Below the pieces are notes generated by a model. The model worked only from the letters and a program-made list of their open reading frames with translations, did not search any database and was not told the origin of the DNA. The translations under genes were made by a program, and so were the position numbers. 64,000 nucleotides of DNA from an uncultured Poribacteria bacterium (GTDB taxonomy: Bacteria > Poribacteria > WGA-4E > WGA-3G): positions 992,001-1,056,000 of the forward strand of contig CATQHZ020000001.1 of the NCBI GenBank assembly GCA_958296135.2, written 5' to 3'. Positions 39,725 to 49,647 of the stretch are shown in pieces. Position 1 is the first letter of the stretch. Every line of letters begins with the position of its first letter.

Positions 39725-41713
39725 TTGGCGAGAGAAAGAGTATCACAAGCAGATGAGTGGCAAGCTTGGGCGAAACGGTACGACATCGAAGGCGGTATCC
39801 GCACTTTTGAGTCCGGTCTCACCGTCAAAGTATTCATCGGTGCGCTCTTTATAGGGTTGCTGATGATGCCCGGCTCCATCTATCTCAGTTATGTATCCGG
39901 CCAATCTGGTGCGGAAGCGGCCCCGTGGGTAGCAGTGATTCTGTTCACTGAACTCGCGCGGCGTTCGTTTACGACAGCCCGGCGCCAGGAGCTCTATATG
40001 CTCCTCGGACTCACCGGTGCGGCTGTCGGGAGTGGGATGCAATACCGCAATTTTATCTGGTATGCCTACTTCGTGAACACGCCGCAGGCGGCTTCTTATG
40101 AAATCGCCGATAAAATTCCGGATTGGATTGTGCCTGCCGGCGATTCTGTCGGCGTGCTGACGCGGAGCCTCTTACATCCCGACTGGTTTCTGCCGATTGC
40201 AGTGTACCTCGCCGGTAAGCTGCTTGGCACGCTGCGGTTTGTGAGTGGGCAGTATATCTTGTTCCGGCTCACTGCAGACTTGGAGCGGCTTCCGTATCCG
40301 ATGGCCCCGATTAGCGCGCAGGGCGCGACGGCACTTGCAGAGACTACGGGTAAGGAGGAGACCTGGCGGTGGCGCGTCTTTTCCATCGGCTCTATGGCGG
40401 GGCTTATCTGGGGGTTCCTCTATATCGGTGTCCCCGCGCTCTCCGGTGTGATGATGAGCCAACCCATCGAGATTCTGAAGATTCCGTGGATAGATTTCAC
40501 GCAGAGTATTGAAGGGTTCGCGCCGACAGGCGTGTTCGCGCTCCGCACGGACTTCGGCCAGATGCTGATCGGGTTCGTCATGCCGTTTCCGATTATGATG
40601 GCGGAGTTTGTCGCGGCGATGGCATCGCAATTTATCATAAAACCGCAAATCCTTTACCCGGCTGAAATCTTACATCAATGGCAGGAGGGCCTTGATGTGC
40701 GGGCAGCCAATCTGTTCAACAGCCTTGACTTCGAGATGAGTTTCGGGATGGGCAAATCGTTCAGTTTTGCGGTAGTCGGCATGGCAGCCTCTATTCCGAT
40801 GCTGTTTAAGATGCGGCAGCGGCAGAAACGCGCCGGGGAACGCGGTTCATTCGCGACACCGCCGAATCGCGGCGATTTCCCGATATGGTTGATGGGCGCG
40901 ATGTGGCTCATCGGCATGGCCGGGTTTGTCTGGCTCATCCACTGGATGGTGCCGAACTTCCCACTCAGTTTCTTGCTCGGGTATGCGTTTTTGTATACGC
41001 CGATCAACTCGTATATCACGGCACGGACGTTCGGGGTGCTGGGCCGCGACCTTTTTGAAATCCCGTATCTGCACGAGATTACCTTTATTTTGAGCCGGTA
41101 TGAAGAGGTGGATATCTGGTTTGCGCCGCTCCCAGACGAAGACTACGGCAGGGGCACGCAGGGATGGCGGGTGCTGGAACTGACTGGCACGACGTTCACG
41201 TCAAACCTCGCCGGCACGTTGCTGATTATGCCGATTCTGCTGGTCAGCGGGATTGTCGTGCTGCACTTTATCTGGCAAATCGCGCCGATTCCGAGCGCGC
41301 AATACCCGTTCGTCCAGATGATGTGGCCCATCAACGCCACGAACGAGTGTCTGTGGAAGACATCGCTCAGGGATGGGAATAGCGAGATGCTTCAGGCCAT
41401 CCGCGGCGATTATGTCTCCGCCGGCTTTACCTCGATGCTTGCACTTTACGGGTTGCTCTGGGTGTTCAAACTCCCATCGATGTGGTTTTACGGCATCGCC
41501 GGCGGCATCTTTGGTGACCCGGGTAGCATGGTGGCACGCTTACTCGGCGCAGTCATCGGCCGGTTCTACATGATCAAACGGTTCGGCATGCGCCGGTGGT
41601 ATATGTTCAATCCGGTGCTGGCGGCAGGGTTCGCCTGCGGTGTCGGTTTAATCGGCATGGGCACGGTGGCGATTGCGCTTGTCTCCAAAGCCGTGATTGT
41701 GAAACCGTTTTAA
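39725..41713 (+). CDS. OPT-like peptide transporter membrane protein
   Basis: Many TM helices; MMPGSIYL, AAPWVAVILFTELARRS, ERLPYPMAPI; RBS AGGAG before TTG39725. Confidence 0.75.
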   Translation: MARERVSQADEWQAWAKRYDIEGGIRTFESGLTVKVFIGALFIGLLMMPGSIYLSYVSGQSGAEAAPWVAVILFTELARRSFTTARRQELYMLLGLTGAAVGSGMQYRNFIWYAYFVNTPQAASYEIADKIPDWIVPAGDSVGVLTRSLLHPDWFLPIAVYLAGKLLGTLRFVSGQYILFRLTADLERLPYPMAPISAQGATALAETTGKEETWRWRVFSIGSMAGLIWGFLYIGVPALSGVMMSQPIEILKIPWIDFTQSIEGFAPTGVFALRTDFGQMLIGFVMPFPIMMAEFVAAMASQFIIKPQILYPAEILHQWQEGLDVRAANLFNSLDFEMSFGMGKSFSFAVVGMAASIPMLFKMRQRQKRAGERGSFATPPNRGDFPIWLMGAMWLIGMAGFVWLIHWMVPNFPLSFLLGYAFLYTPINSYITARTFGVLGRDLFEIPYLHEITFILSRYEEVDIWFAPLPDEDYGRGTQGWRVLELTGTTFTSNLAGTLLIMPILLVSGIVVLHFIWQIAPIPSAQYPFVQMMWPINATNECLWKTSLRDGNSEMLQAIRGDYVSAGFTSMLALYGLLWVFKLPSMWFYGIAGGIFGDPGSMVARLLGAVIGRFYMIKRFGMRRWYMFNPVLAAGFACGVGLIGMGTVAIALVSKAVIVKPF

Positions 41714-41771
41714 TAGGGCGGATATTGAAATCCGCCCTTACAGGCCGTCGGGGCATCAGACTTGCCCCGGC

Positions 41772-41886
41772 TCTTAACCCGTAGCGCGAGGGAAAACCTG
41801 TCCCTCGCGTCTCTTGGAAATCACGCCCTCTTAACCCGTAGCGCGAGGGAAAACCTGTCCCTCGCGTCTCTCGGAAATCACGCCCC
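41772..41886 (+). repeat. ~57-bp tandem duplication containing a GTAG-REP
   Basis: CTCTTAACCCGTAGCGCGAGGGAAAACCTGTCCCTCGCGTCTC..GGAAATCACGCCC x2. Confidence 0.85.
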
Positions 41887-41912
41887 GGAATGGGTTGCAG
41901 GAATAACGCAAC

Positions 41913-42908
41913 ATGGACGACTGGACTGTTTTTGGCTGGGCAGGCACACAGTTGGAAATCCCGAAGGAGTGGGAGCTGAGCGGGCTCAGTGGCGATGAGA
42001 AGACCGGCTATCTTCGGCTTGACGATGCTGATATGCCGCGTCTAGAACTTAAATGGGCGCATACGCGGAAGAAAAAACCGGACCTGCATGCAACGCTTGA
42101 CGAATACTTTAAGTTAATCCGCAAGAGTTACAAAAAAGGTCCGGACCTTTCCTTCCGCCGGAATGTCACTCTTATCAAGGAACCCGCATTCTTTAAGGGG
42201 CGCAACGTCATCGGGTTTAGTTGGAAAGGGGGTGTCCGCGCGAATGGGCTCATTTTGCACGCAGGCAAACGGATTACCATCGTCCAAGTCATGGGCCGGT
42301 TGAAAGAGAATTGGCGGCCCACGGTGCTCCGCGTTTTCCGCTCGATTTCGACACCGGGCGATGCGCCGAATACGTTGTGGAGTGCATACGGCCTCGCGCT
42401 TGCTGTGCCAAGCGAATACAAATTGGAGCGGCAGAAACTGCTGAGCGGCTATCTGCTGTTTGCCTTTGTTGCGAAACGGTCGCGCCTGCGGCACTTGATT
42501 CCTGCGGCAAAAGGCGTGCCTATCCTCGCTGAGCGACAGCGGCTCAGCGTTGAACGTTATGGCCCTGCGGAAGTCATGCTCGGTGATTTCAAAGCGGCGT
42601 TGAACCCGTTAGAGGCGTGGTTTCGTGCAAAATACGCCAAGGCAATCCGCGGCTACGGATTTGAGGTAACCTCTTACACCGATGCCCACGATGAACATCT
42701 CACGCTCATCGGGCAGCAGACGCGGCTCTACGATGGTGTGCCGTTCTCGCCGGTGCTAGCCCTTGACAAATTGTCGAAACGGGCAACGCTCGCGTTTCAC
42801 TTGTGGCGATGCCATTATTCTAATCGCATCTACGTCATCCAATCTGTCGGCGGTGTGGATGCTGAAGGCACGGTGCGGCAGGTGGCAGCGAGTATTCAGT
42901 GCCATTAA
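41913..42908 (+). CDS. hypothetical protein in the FtsX/OPT/PqqD operon
   Basis: Two-repeat pattern (FGWAG..LEIP.EW and WSAYG..LAVP.EY); cytoplasmic. Confidence 0.75.
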   Translation: MDDWTVFGWAGTQLEIPKEWELSGLSGDEKTGYLRLDDADMPRLELKWAHTRKKKPDLHATLDEYFKLIRKSYKKGPDLSFRRNVTLIKEPAFFKGRNVIGFSWKGGVRANGLILHAGKRITIVQVMGRLKENWRPTVLRVFRSISTPGDAPNTLWSAYGLALAVPSEYKLERQKLLSGYLLFAFVAKRSRLRHLIPAAKGVPILAERQRLSVERYGPAEVMLGDFKAALNPLEAWFRAKYAKAIRGYGFEVTSYTDAHDEHLTLIGQQTRLYDGVPFSPVLALDKLSKRATLAFHLWRCHYSNRIYVIQSVGGVDAEGTVRQVAASIQCH

Positions 42909-42994
42909 CCTTATTAACCTTATTTTCCGGCCGGTAGGCGCGGTTTCACGTTCCACCAAGTGGGGCTCGGTGCGGCACCTATGGATACGAAAGA

Positions 42995-43462
42995 ATGCTA
43001 AACAAACTCCTATACACCCTCAAACTGAAGAAACGGCCTGACATGGATCGTGGGCGCATTATGAAGTCGTTCCCCGTTCGGAACCAGCTCATCACGTGGG
43101 AAGTTGATGACAAGGGTGAGGCATCCCTCGTTGTTCCACAGAAGGGCAAGTTGTGGGTGCGGCTTGCCAGCAAGTTTTTCATGCTCCCGACTAAGCGCGT
43201 CATCGTGCTGGATGCGATGGGCACCTTTGTCTGGCAGATGTGCGATGGCAAACATACGATTGCGCAGATTATCAAGGGTATCCAAAAACAGCACCAGTTA
43301 ACCCGAAAAGAAGCGGAGACCTCGCTCTTTACGTTCATGCAGCAGCTCGGCAAGCGGAACTTCATCGGCTTCGCGATTCCGACAGACAACAGGCCGAACG
43401 CACCGGCAAAGCATGAACCGGAGCCTCAGCGGCGTTTTGGATTTCTACCCAAGCGCCGGTAA
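42995..43462 (+). CDS. PqqD family / RiPP recognition element protein
   Basis: LDAMGTFVWQMCDGKHTIAQII....LFTFMQQLGKRNFI. Confidence 0.85.
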   Translation: MLNKLLYTLKLKKRPDMDRGRIMKSFPVRNQLITWEVDDKGEASLVVPQKGKLWVRLASKFFMLPTKRVIVLDAMGTFVWQMCDGKHTIAQIIKGIQKQHQLTRKEAETSLFTFMQQLGKRNFIGFAIPTDNRPNAPAKHEPEPQRRFGFLPKRR

Positions 43463-43566
43463 GTTATTGCCGTTTTCGGGTTTTCCCTCGTGCTACGGTT
43501 CATGGGTAGTTTTCGTAGGGTGGGGCCTGTGCCCCGCCATGTTTCAATCAAGGAAGGATAGAAATA

Positions 43567-44376
43567 ATGAACGTGCAAGAAATCGGCGATGTGCAACCAA
43601 TCCCGGTCGAAATGCCGGAACGGCTTCAGCGCATCCTCCCAAAAGAGAATACCGTGCGCGTCCGGAACCTCATCAAACGGTATGAAATGGGCTCGACTAC
43701 CGTGGACGCGCTGCGCGGTGTCAATTTCCAAATCCAACGCGGCGAATACATCTCGATTATGGGCCCTTCGGGCTCTGGGAAGTCGACGCTTTTCAACATG
43801 ATTGGCGGCTTGGATAAACCCACCGAGGGCAGAGTCTACATTGACGAAGTGGACATCGCGCAGCTCGATGCGTATGAGCTCGCGTGGCTCCGCTGCCGAA
43901 AAATCGGCTATATCTTTCAATCGTTCAACCTTATCCCTGTCATGACGGCCCTGGAGAACGTCTCACTTCCGATGATTTTCGCTGGCACGAGTGCCGATGA
44001 GAGTCGGGAGCAAGGCGTGTCCCTGCTCTCCCTCGTTGGATTGGGAGACCGGGTGCAGCACAAGCCGTTAGAACTTTCCGGCGGACAGCAGCAGCGTGTC
44101 GCTATTGCGCGTTCGCTCGCGAATGACCCGGCCATTGTCCTCGCTGACGAACCGACGGGGAACTTGGATACCAAAACCGGGTTGGAGATTATCGCGTTGC
44201 TGCGTCGTCTCAACGCGGAGAACGGTGTGACGATTATCACTGCAACGCATGACCACAAGATGTTAGATGTCTCCGACCGGATTTTCCACATGGCAGATGG
44301 CAAGGTGGATAAGATAGAGTCTCGCGACGAGATCGACCTGCACGTCGGCAGATTAGATGGTGAAGAAGTCGGATAA
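43567..44376 (+). CDS. ABC transporter ATP-binding protein (LolD/MacB/FtsE type)
   Basis: GPSGSGKST, GYIFQSFNL, LSGGQQQRVAIAR, LADEPTGNLD, ATHD. Confidence 0.95.
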   Translation: MNVQEIGDVQPIPVEMPERLQRILPKENTVRVRNLIKRYEMGSTTVDALRGVNFQIQRGEYISIMGPSGSGKSTLFNMIGGLDKPTEGRVYIDEVDIAQLDAYELAWLRCRKIGYIFQSFNLIPVMTALENVSLPMIFAGTSADESREQGVSLLSLVGLGDRVQHKPLELSGGQQQRVAIARSLANDPAIVLADEPTGNLDTKTGLEIIALLRRLNAENGVTIITATHDHKMLDVSDRIFHMADGKVDKIESRDEIDLHVGRLDGEEVG

Positions 44377-44452
44377 TTCTATGGAATTGTAAGGGCGTAT
44401 TTCGTAGCCATCGTCAGAAAAACCCGTTTAGTGCCTATTCGCCCAACAAATC

Positions 44453-45565
44453 ATGAACATTTACGAAAAACTCGGCATTCGCACGATTATCAACGGCAAT
44501 GCGACGTTGACGCGCCTCGGCGGCTCCATCATGCCCCCGGAGGTTGTCGCGGCGATGGTAGCGGCATCGAAGCACTTCGTTGACATCGTCGCGCTCCAAA
44601 GACGGGTGGGAGAAGAGCTCGCGCGATTGACGCACAACGAGGCGGCGTATGTCTCGTGCGGTGCTGCGGCGGCGTTGACGCTCAGCACGGCGGCGTGCAT
44701 CACCGGACTTGATGCCGCCAAGCGCGAAAAATGTCCCAACCTAGCTGATTCGATGAAAAGCGAAGTCATTGTCCATAGATACGGGCGCGTCGGCTACGAT
44801 TTCGCTGTGCGGCAGGTAGGGGTGACGTTCGTGGAAATCGGCGATGAGAACGGCACCTCTCCGGACGAGTTAGAGGCGGCGATTACCGACAAAACCGCCG
44901 CGTTCTTCTATTTTGCGAATCCGAGCCGCGAGCATCTCTGGGTGCCTTATGAAGCTGGCATTGCCATTGCCAAGCGGCACGGCGTGCCTGTCATCGTTGA
45001 TGCCGCCGCGCAGCTGCCTCCGAGAGAGAACCTGTGGCGGTTTACACAGATGGGTGCTGATGTGGTGATGTTTAGCGGCGGGAAAGGGTTGTGCGGCCCG
45101 CAGAGTAGCGGTTTAATTGTGGGCACCCAACAGATGATTGACGCAATTGCCTTCAACGGCCCGCCGCATCCCTTCATCGGCAGAGGGATGAAGGTGGGCA
45201 AGGAAGAGATAGTCGGCTTGCTCGCCGCTGTGAAGTGGTATCTGAAGCACGCCGAGACGTTCCAGCAAACCTACGAGGAGCAGGTTGTCTACTTCGCGCA
45301 AGAGTTCGCGAACGTCTGTGGGGTTGAGGTGCATCGCAGTTTTCCCTCTGAAGCGGGACAGCCGATGCCGCGCACAGAAATCTGTTTTGATGAAAATCGG
45401 TTGGGCATCACACGCGATGAGATTCTTCGACAACTCGCGGCGGGTGAGCCTTCTATTGACATCGCGGGTGCAGGCACAAACGGCGTGCTGATTAACGGAC
45501 AGACGCTGATGCCGGGTGAAGTGGCAATTATCGCGCGCAGATTAAAGGACATTTTGAAAACATGA
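44453..45565 (+). CDS. SelA-like PLP-dependent enzyme (DgaE-like)
   Basis: INGNATLTRLGGS, VIVDAAA, FSGGKGLCGPQSSG, GRGMKVGKEEI. Confidence 0.85.
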   Translation: MNIYEKLGIRTIINGNATLTRLGGSIMPPEVVAAMVAASKHFVDIVALQRRVGEELARLTHNEAAYVSCGAAAALTLSTAACITGLDAAKREKCPNLADSMKSEVIVHRYGRVGYDFAVRQVGVTFVEIGDENGTSPDELEAAITDKTAAFFYFANPSREHLWVPYEAGIAIAKRHGVPVIVDAAAQLPPRENLWRFTQMGADVVMFSGGKGLCGPQSSGLIVGTQQMIDAIAFNGPPHPFIGRGMKVGKEEIVGLLAAVKWYLKHAETFQQTYEEQVVYFAQEFANVCGVEVHRSFPSEAGQPMPRTEICFDENRLGITRDEILRQLAAGEPSIDIAGAGTNGVLINGQTLMPGEVAIIARRLKDILKT

Positions 45566-46272
45566 GACTAAATAACGGCATTCAACTCACATGGCTGGGG
45601 CATTCTACCTTTAAAATTGAAGCTGATGGACAAACTCTCCTCATCGATCCGTGGGTAATGAGCAACCCGGTATGTCCCGATGGGCTCAAAACCTTTGACA
45701 AAATCGATTTAATGCTGATAACGCACGGCCACGCGGACCACGTTAGCGACGCGGTTGTTCTGGCGAAAGAGCATGCTCCGACGGTTGTCTCTATCGTTGA
45801 GATTGCCGGATGGCTTGGCAGGAAAGGGGTTGAAAACACCATCGGCATGAATAAGGGCGGCACCGTCACCGTTGGCGGTGTGAGAGCGACGATGGTAACA
45901 GCAAATCATAGCAGTAGTTTCACGGAAGAAGATGGCACGACAGTCTATCTCGGTGAACCCGCGGGTTACGTGCTGGAGTTCGCGAACGGCTATAAAATTT
46001 ACCACGCCGGGGATACGAACGTCTTTGGCGATATGCGTATCATCGGTGAAATTTACCAACCAGAGCTTGCGCTGTTGCCCATCGGAGAGCACTTTACGAT
46101 GGGGCCGCGGGAAGCGGCTTACGCGACGCGATTGCTCAACGTCCCTGCAGTCGTGCCGATTCACTACGGAACGTTCCCGCTGTTGACTGGCACGCCGGCA
46201 GAACTGCGCAAATTGACAGCATCTCAAGATGTAGAAATCGTTGCGTTGGAGGTTGGGGAGACATTGGATTAA
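45562..46272 (+). CDS. metallo-beta-lactamase fold hydrolase (UPF0173-like)
   Basis: WLGHS, THGHADH, YHAGDT, LPIG..FTMGP, PIHYGTFP. Confidence 0.92.
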   Translation: MRLNNGIQLTWLGHSTFKIEADGQTLLIDPWVMSNPVCPDGLKTFDKIDLMLITHGHADHVSDAVVLAKEHAPTVVSIVEIAGWLGRKGVENTIGMNKGGTVTVGGVRATMVTANHSSSFTEEDGTTVYLGEPAGYVLEFANGYKIYHAGDTNVFGDMRIIGEIYQPELALLPIGEHFTMGPREAAYATRLLNVPAVVPIHYGTFPLLTGTPAELRKLTASQDVEIVALEVGETLD

Positions 46273-46276
46273 CGGG

Positions 46277-47050
46277 TTATTGGAGCAGCCGCCGGACCTG
46301 CGCGCCAATATCGGGACTACGCATCAACGCCTCGCCTACCAACATTGCATGGACACCTGCTGCGCGTAGACTGGCAACGTTCTCGCGTGTATGGATGCCG
46401 CTTTCACTGACGATGCTCTTGTCTTCAGGGATTTCCTTGCGTAAACGGAACGTTGTCTCAATGTCGGTGTGGAATGTGCGCAAATCTCGGTTGTTAATGC
46501 CGATGATGTGTGCGTCTGCGTCTAAAGCCATTGCTAATTCTTCCTGCGTATGCACCTCGACGAGGCATGCCAGGGACAACGCTTCCGCGATGTCTATGAA
46601 TTCGCGCAACTGCCTCGGTGTCAACGCCGCCACGATGAGTAGGATGGCATCCGCGCCTGCTGCGCGCGCCTGATAGATGTGATACGCATCCAGCGTGAAA
46701 TCTTTCCGGAGTAGGGGCACGTCAACGGCTTGACGAATGGCGGCCAGATATCCGAGTTCTCCGGCGAAAAAGTGGCTGTCGGTTAGCACGGAGATGGCGG
46801 ATGCGCCGTTTTCAGCGTAGGTTTGGGCAATCTCCACCGGGTGGAAATCCTTGCGGATGATACCCTTGCTCGGCGATTTTTTCTTCACCTCTGCGATGAG
46901 ATTCACCGCGCTGGGCACCGAAATGGCGGTGCGGAAGTCGCGCGGTGGCGGTATGTCTGCGATGGCTGCCTTTAATGCCGTCAGTGGCACTTGTGCCTGT
47001 TCCGCCTTCAGTTCTTCGCGTTTATGTTGGATAATCGTGTCTAATATCAA
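46277..47050 (-). CDS. trpC: indole-3-glycerol phosphate synthase
   Basis: IAEVKKKSPSKG, SVLTD, LRKDF, GINNRDL, SESGI, LVGEALM. Confidence 0.96.
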   Translation of the reverse strand: MILDTIIQHKREELKAEQAQVPLTALKAAIADIPPPRDFRTAISVPSAVNLIAEVKKKSPSKGIIRKDFHPVEIAQTYAENGASAISVLTDSHFFAGELGYLAAIRQAVDVPLLRKDFTLDAYHIYQARAAGADAILLIVAALTPRQLREFIDIAEALSLACLVEVHTQEELAMALDADAHIIGINNRDLRTFHTDIETTFRLRKEIPEDKSIVSESGIHTRENVASLRAAGVHAMLVGEALMRSPDIGAQVRRLLQ

Positions 47051-47120
47051 AGCGTTTCCCTATCTCATGCGCACCGGGGTGCATTCTGATTTTACCGGTA
47101 GGCGCGGTTTGCCACCGTGC

Positions 47121-48137
47121 CTATGGTGATTGATTGGAGACTGCCTTCAATCCTTCCAATTTGGCGAGTGCCTTTCCTGAGTCAATAGATTCCGTTGCGA
47201 GTGCTATTCCGGCTTCGAGGCTTTCGGCTTTCCCGCCGGCGACAATCGCCGCGGCGGCATTCAAGACGACAATATTGCGCCGCGCGCCCTTTTCTCCGTT
47301 CAAGATATTTTGGGTTATCTCGGCGTTTTCCTCTGGCGCGCCGCCGACGAGAGAGGCCGCGTTTGCGCGCGGAATGCCGAACTTGGTGGGCTCAAGGGTG
47401 TAAGTTTTCACGGTGCCATTGACGAGTTCTGATACCTGTGTCGTTGTTGTCGTTGTGATTTCGTCGAGGCCGTCGTTACCGTGTACGACGAAGGCGTGTT
47501 GGCTTCCGAGGTTGTTAAGCACGTTTCCGTGTGTCTCGGTGAGTTCTGGAGAATAAACGCCGAGGACTTGCGCTTGTGCGCCCGCCGGGTTGGTAAGCGG
47601 TCCGATTGCATTGAAAATCGTGCGGATGCCGATTTCTCGGCGCGGTCCGATTGCATATTTCATTGCGCCGTGCAGCAGTGGTGCGAAAAGGAATCCGATG
47701 CTGACTTCGTCGATGCACCGTCCGGCGTGTTCTGCACTAATCTCAATATTCACGCCGAGTGCAGTGAGAACGTTTGCGCTGCCGCTTTGGCGGGTTACGC
47801 CTCGGTTGCCGTGCTTGGCGACAGGCACGCCTGCGCCTGCGACGACAAAGGCGGAAGTGGTTGAGATGTTGAACGAGTGCAGTCCGGTGCCGCCTGTGCT
47901 ACAGGTATCCACGACGAGTGGGTGTTTTGTTGGGACGGGTGTGGCTTTGGCCCGCATGACGCGCGCGGCGCCAGTAATCTCGGCGATGGTTTCGCCTTTC
48001 AACCTAAGCGCTGTCAGCAGACAGGCGATTTGTGCATCTGTCGCCTGGCCTTCCATGATAGTGTTCATGGCATGGCTCATCTCTGCTTCGGTGAGTGAAT
48101 GTCCAGCGATGACTTTTTGAATTGCTTCGCGTATCAC
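47121..48137 (-). CDS. trpD: anthranilate phosphoribosyltransferase
   Basis: DTCSTGGTG..FNIST, KHGNR, GPLTNPA, GLDEI; GTG start after RBS AAGGAGG. Confidence 0.96.
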   Translation of the reverse strand: MIREAIQKVIAGHSLTEAEMSHAMNTIMEGQATDAQIACLLTALRLKGETIAEITGAARVMRAKATPVPTKHPLVVDTCSTGGTGLHSFNISTTSAFVVAGAGVPVAKHGNRGVTRQSGSANVLTALGVNIEISAEHAGRCIDEVSIGFLFAPLLHGAMKYAIGPRREIGIRTIFNAIGPLTNPAGAQAQVLGVYSPELTETHGNVLNNLGSQHAFVVHGNDGLDEITTTTTTQVSELVNGTVKTYTLEPTKFGIPRANAASLVGGAPEENAEITQNILNGEKGARRNIVVLNAAAAIVAGGKAESLEAGIALATESIDSGKALAKLEGLKAVSNQSP

Positions 48138-48227
48138 GTAACGTTTCCTCCTTGGGAGAATGCATCGCGCCTGTCCAGTTGGTTTCACTTATGAAGATGT
48201 GACAGACGTGAGAGTGGTGCTGCCGCT

Positions 48228-48542
48228 TTAGGCAGTCTCGTTTTCGTTTTGTCCTAAAGTCTGGATAACCGCCTCTAAGTTGGGTGCATGGAGAGCGGTG
48301 CGACGCAGCCGCTTGAGGTGTTGCAAATCCGCGACTGCCTCAAACATGGCTTTTAACGCCTGCGGTGCTCGCAATTGGAACCGCGCTTCAAGGACATCCA
48401 TAAGTGCCTCAAGCGCATCTTCACGGGCTCTCCGCGCGATACCGATTTCAAGTCCTTCTTGGAATCCTTGTTGGAATCCCTTTTGGCGTGCGGCTTCCTC
48501 AGTTTCCCCGCTAAGCAATTGATAAACGGGTGATTTTTTCAT
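48228..48542 (-). CDS. free-standing Rpn C-terminal module (RpnS-like)
   Basis: First 20 aa identical to the internal MKKSPVYQLL.. of the adjacent Rpn; own GGAGG RBS. Confidence 0.75.
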   Translation of the reverse strand: MKKSPVYQLLSGETEEAARQKGFQQGFQEGLEIGIARRAREDALEALMDVLEARFQLRAPQALKAMFEAVADLQHLKRLRRTALHAPNLEAVIQTLGQNENETA

Positions 48543-48602
48543 GAGTTCCTCCGAAATAATTGAGATAACAGTCTCCGGGGGGCCGAACGGCTCTGTGCCG
48601 CT

Positions 48603-49610
48603 TTAGCTAGTTTCGGTTCGATTCTGTGTTAGCGTCTGGATGACTGCATCCAGGTCTGGTGCCTGTATCGCGGTGTCAAGCACCTGCTTGAGATGTTGCA
48701 CATCGGTGACTGCCTCAAACACGGGCTTTAGTGCCTGTGCTTCTTGCAGTTGGAACCGCACTTCCAAGACACGCATGAGCGTATCAATGGTAGTTTCACG
48801 GGCACCCTGGATTATACCGATTTCAATCCCCTCTTGGCGTCCTTGTTGGAGTCCTTGTTGGAGTCCGTTTTGGCGTGCGGCTTCCTCGGTTTCCCCGCTG
48901 AGCAATTGATAAACGGGTGATTTTTTCATGAGTTCCTCCGAAATAATTGAGATAACAGTCTCCGGGGGAAGGATGAGACTTCCGAGGGCCCCCGTTGACA
49001 TCAGTAAATTGTCGATGAGGGATGCGTCAAGTTCTAGCTGCTGTGTGACATCCACGCATTGCTGTAACCACGCCGCTGCATCCATCCCTATCGGTGGTTT
49101 CATCAACGGCACAAACGGCATCAACCCGGGCAGCTGCGCTTCAAGAATCGGTTCGCCCGCTAGTTCGTAAAGCCGCACCACGTTGTATTGGACGATGAAC
49201 AGCGAGCCTGGTGCCTTTTGGAGATATACGCCCGGGTCCCGGCGGCCGGCAGGCTCCCGTAAATAAATGACATACGAGATAATCGGAAGTCCAAAGCGTT
49301 CATGAACTCTTCCAAGGTATCCCGCGTTCCTACGTTCCACAGGGATCGGATGGCTGTCTCCTGTCTGATACTCGCGATGTATCAGCGTGGGCTCTCCTCT
49401 GAGCAGAATCTTTGTCAAACTATCCATGAGGCGCACATCGACGGTAGGCAGTTCGCTCTCAAGTTGTTGCACGAATTCAAAATCGGCGGTGCCGAGGAGC
49501 ATCTGCAACATATCATTCGGGAATGCTTGCGCTGCATGCTTCGCGGCGATATCCGCCCGGTTTTTAGGCGTGTTTGTCACGTCAAATATGTGTTCAGTTT
49601 GATTTTCCAT
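48603..49610 (-). CDS. Rpn/YhgA-like PD-(D/E)XK family protein
   Basis: ELP..RLMDSL..IHREYQT; VIYL; LMPFVPLM; QQG repeats; LEVRF C-terminal helical domain. Confidence 0.8.
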   Translation of the reverse strand: MENQTEHIFDVTNTPKNRADIAAKHAAQAFPNDMLQMLLGTADFEFVQQLESELPTVDVRLMDSLTKILLRGEPTLIHREYQTGDSHPIPVERRNAGYLGRVHERFGLPIISYVIYLREPAGRRDPGVYLQKAPGSLFIVQYNVVRLYELAGEPILEAQLPGLMPFVPLMKPPIGMDAAAWLQQCVDVTQQLELDASLIDNLLMSTGALGSLILPPETVISIISEELMKKSPVYQLLSGETEEAARQNGLQQGLQQGRQEGIEIGIIQGARETTIDTLMRVLEVRFQLQEAQALKPVFEAVTDVQHLKQVLDTAIQAPDLDAVIQTLTQNRTETS

Positions 49611-49617
49611 GTTACCT

Positions 49618-49647
49618 ATTATACACCGGGGGCGCGACAGATTTCAA
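49618..49647 (-). promoter_or_regulatory. promoter implying a leaderless rpn transcript
   Basis: TTGAAA-N18-TATAAT ends 7 nt before ATG49610; no SD. Confidence 0.55.

Noticed and set aside
44453-45565. selA (selenocysteine synthase)
   Set aside because: Shorter DgaE-like form; no selB, selC or selD nearby
48484-48968. Diversity-generating retroelement TR/VR pair
   Set aside because: Duplication covers an RBS and start region, differences are few, and no reverse transcriptase is present
48603-49610. IS transposase
   Set aside because: No terminal inverted repeats or target duplication; Rpn family is better explained as toxin/defence
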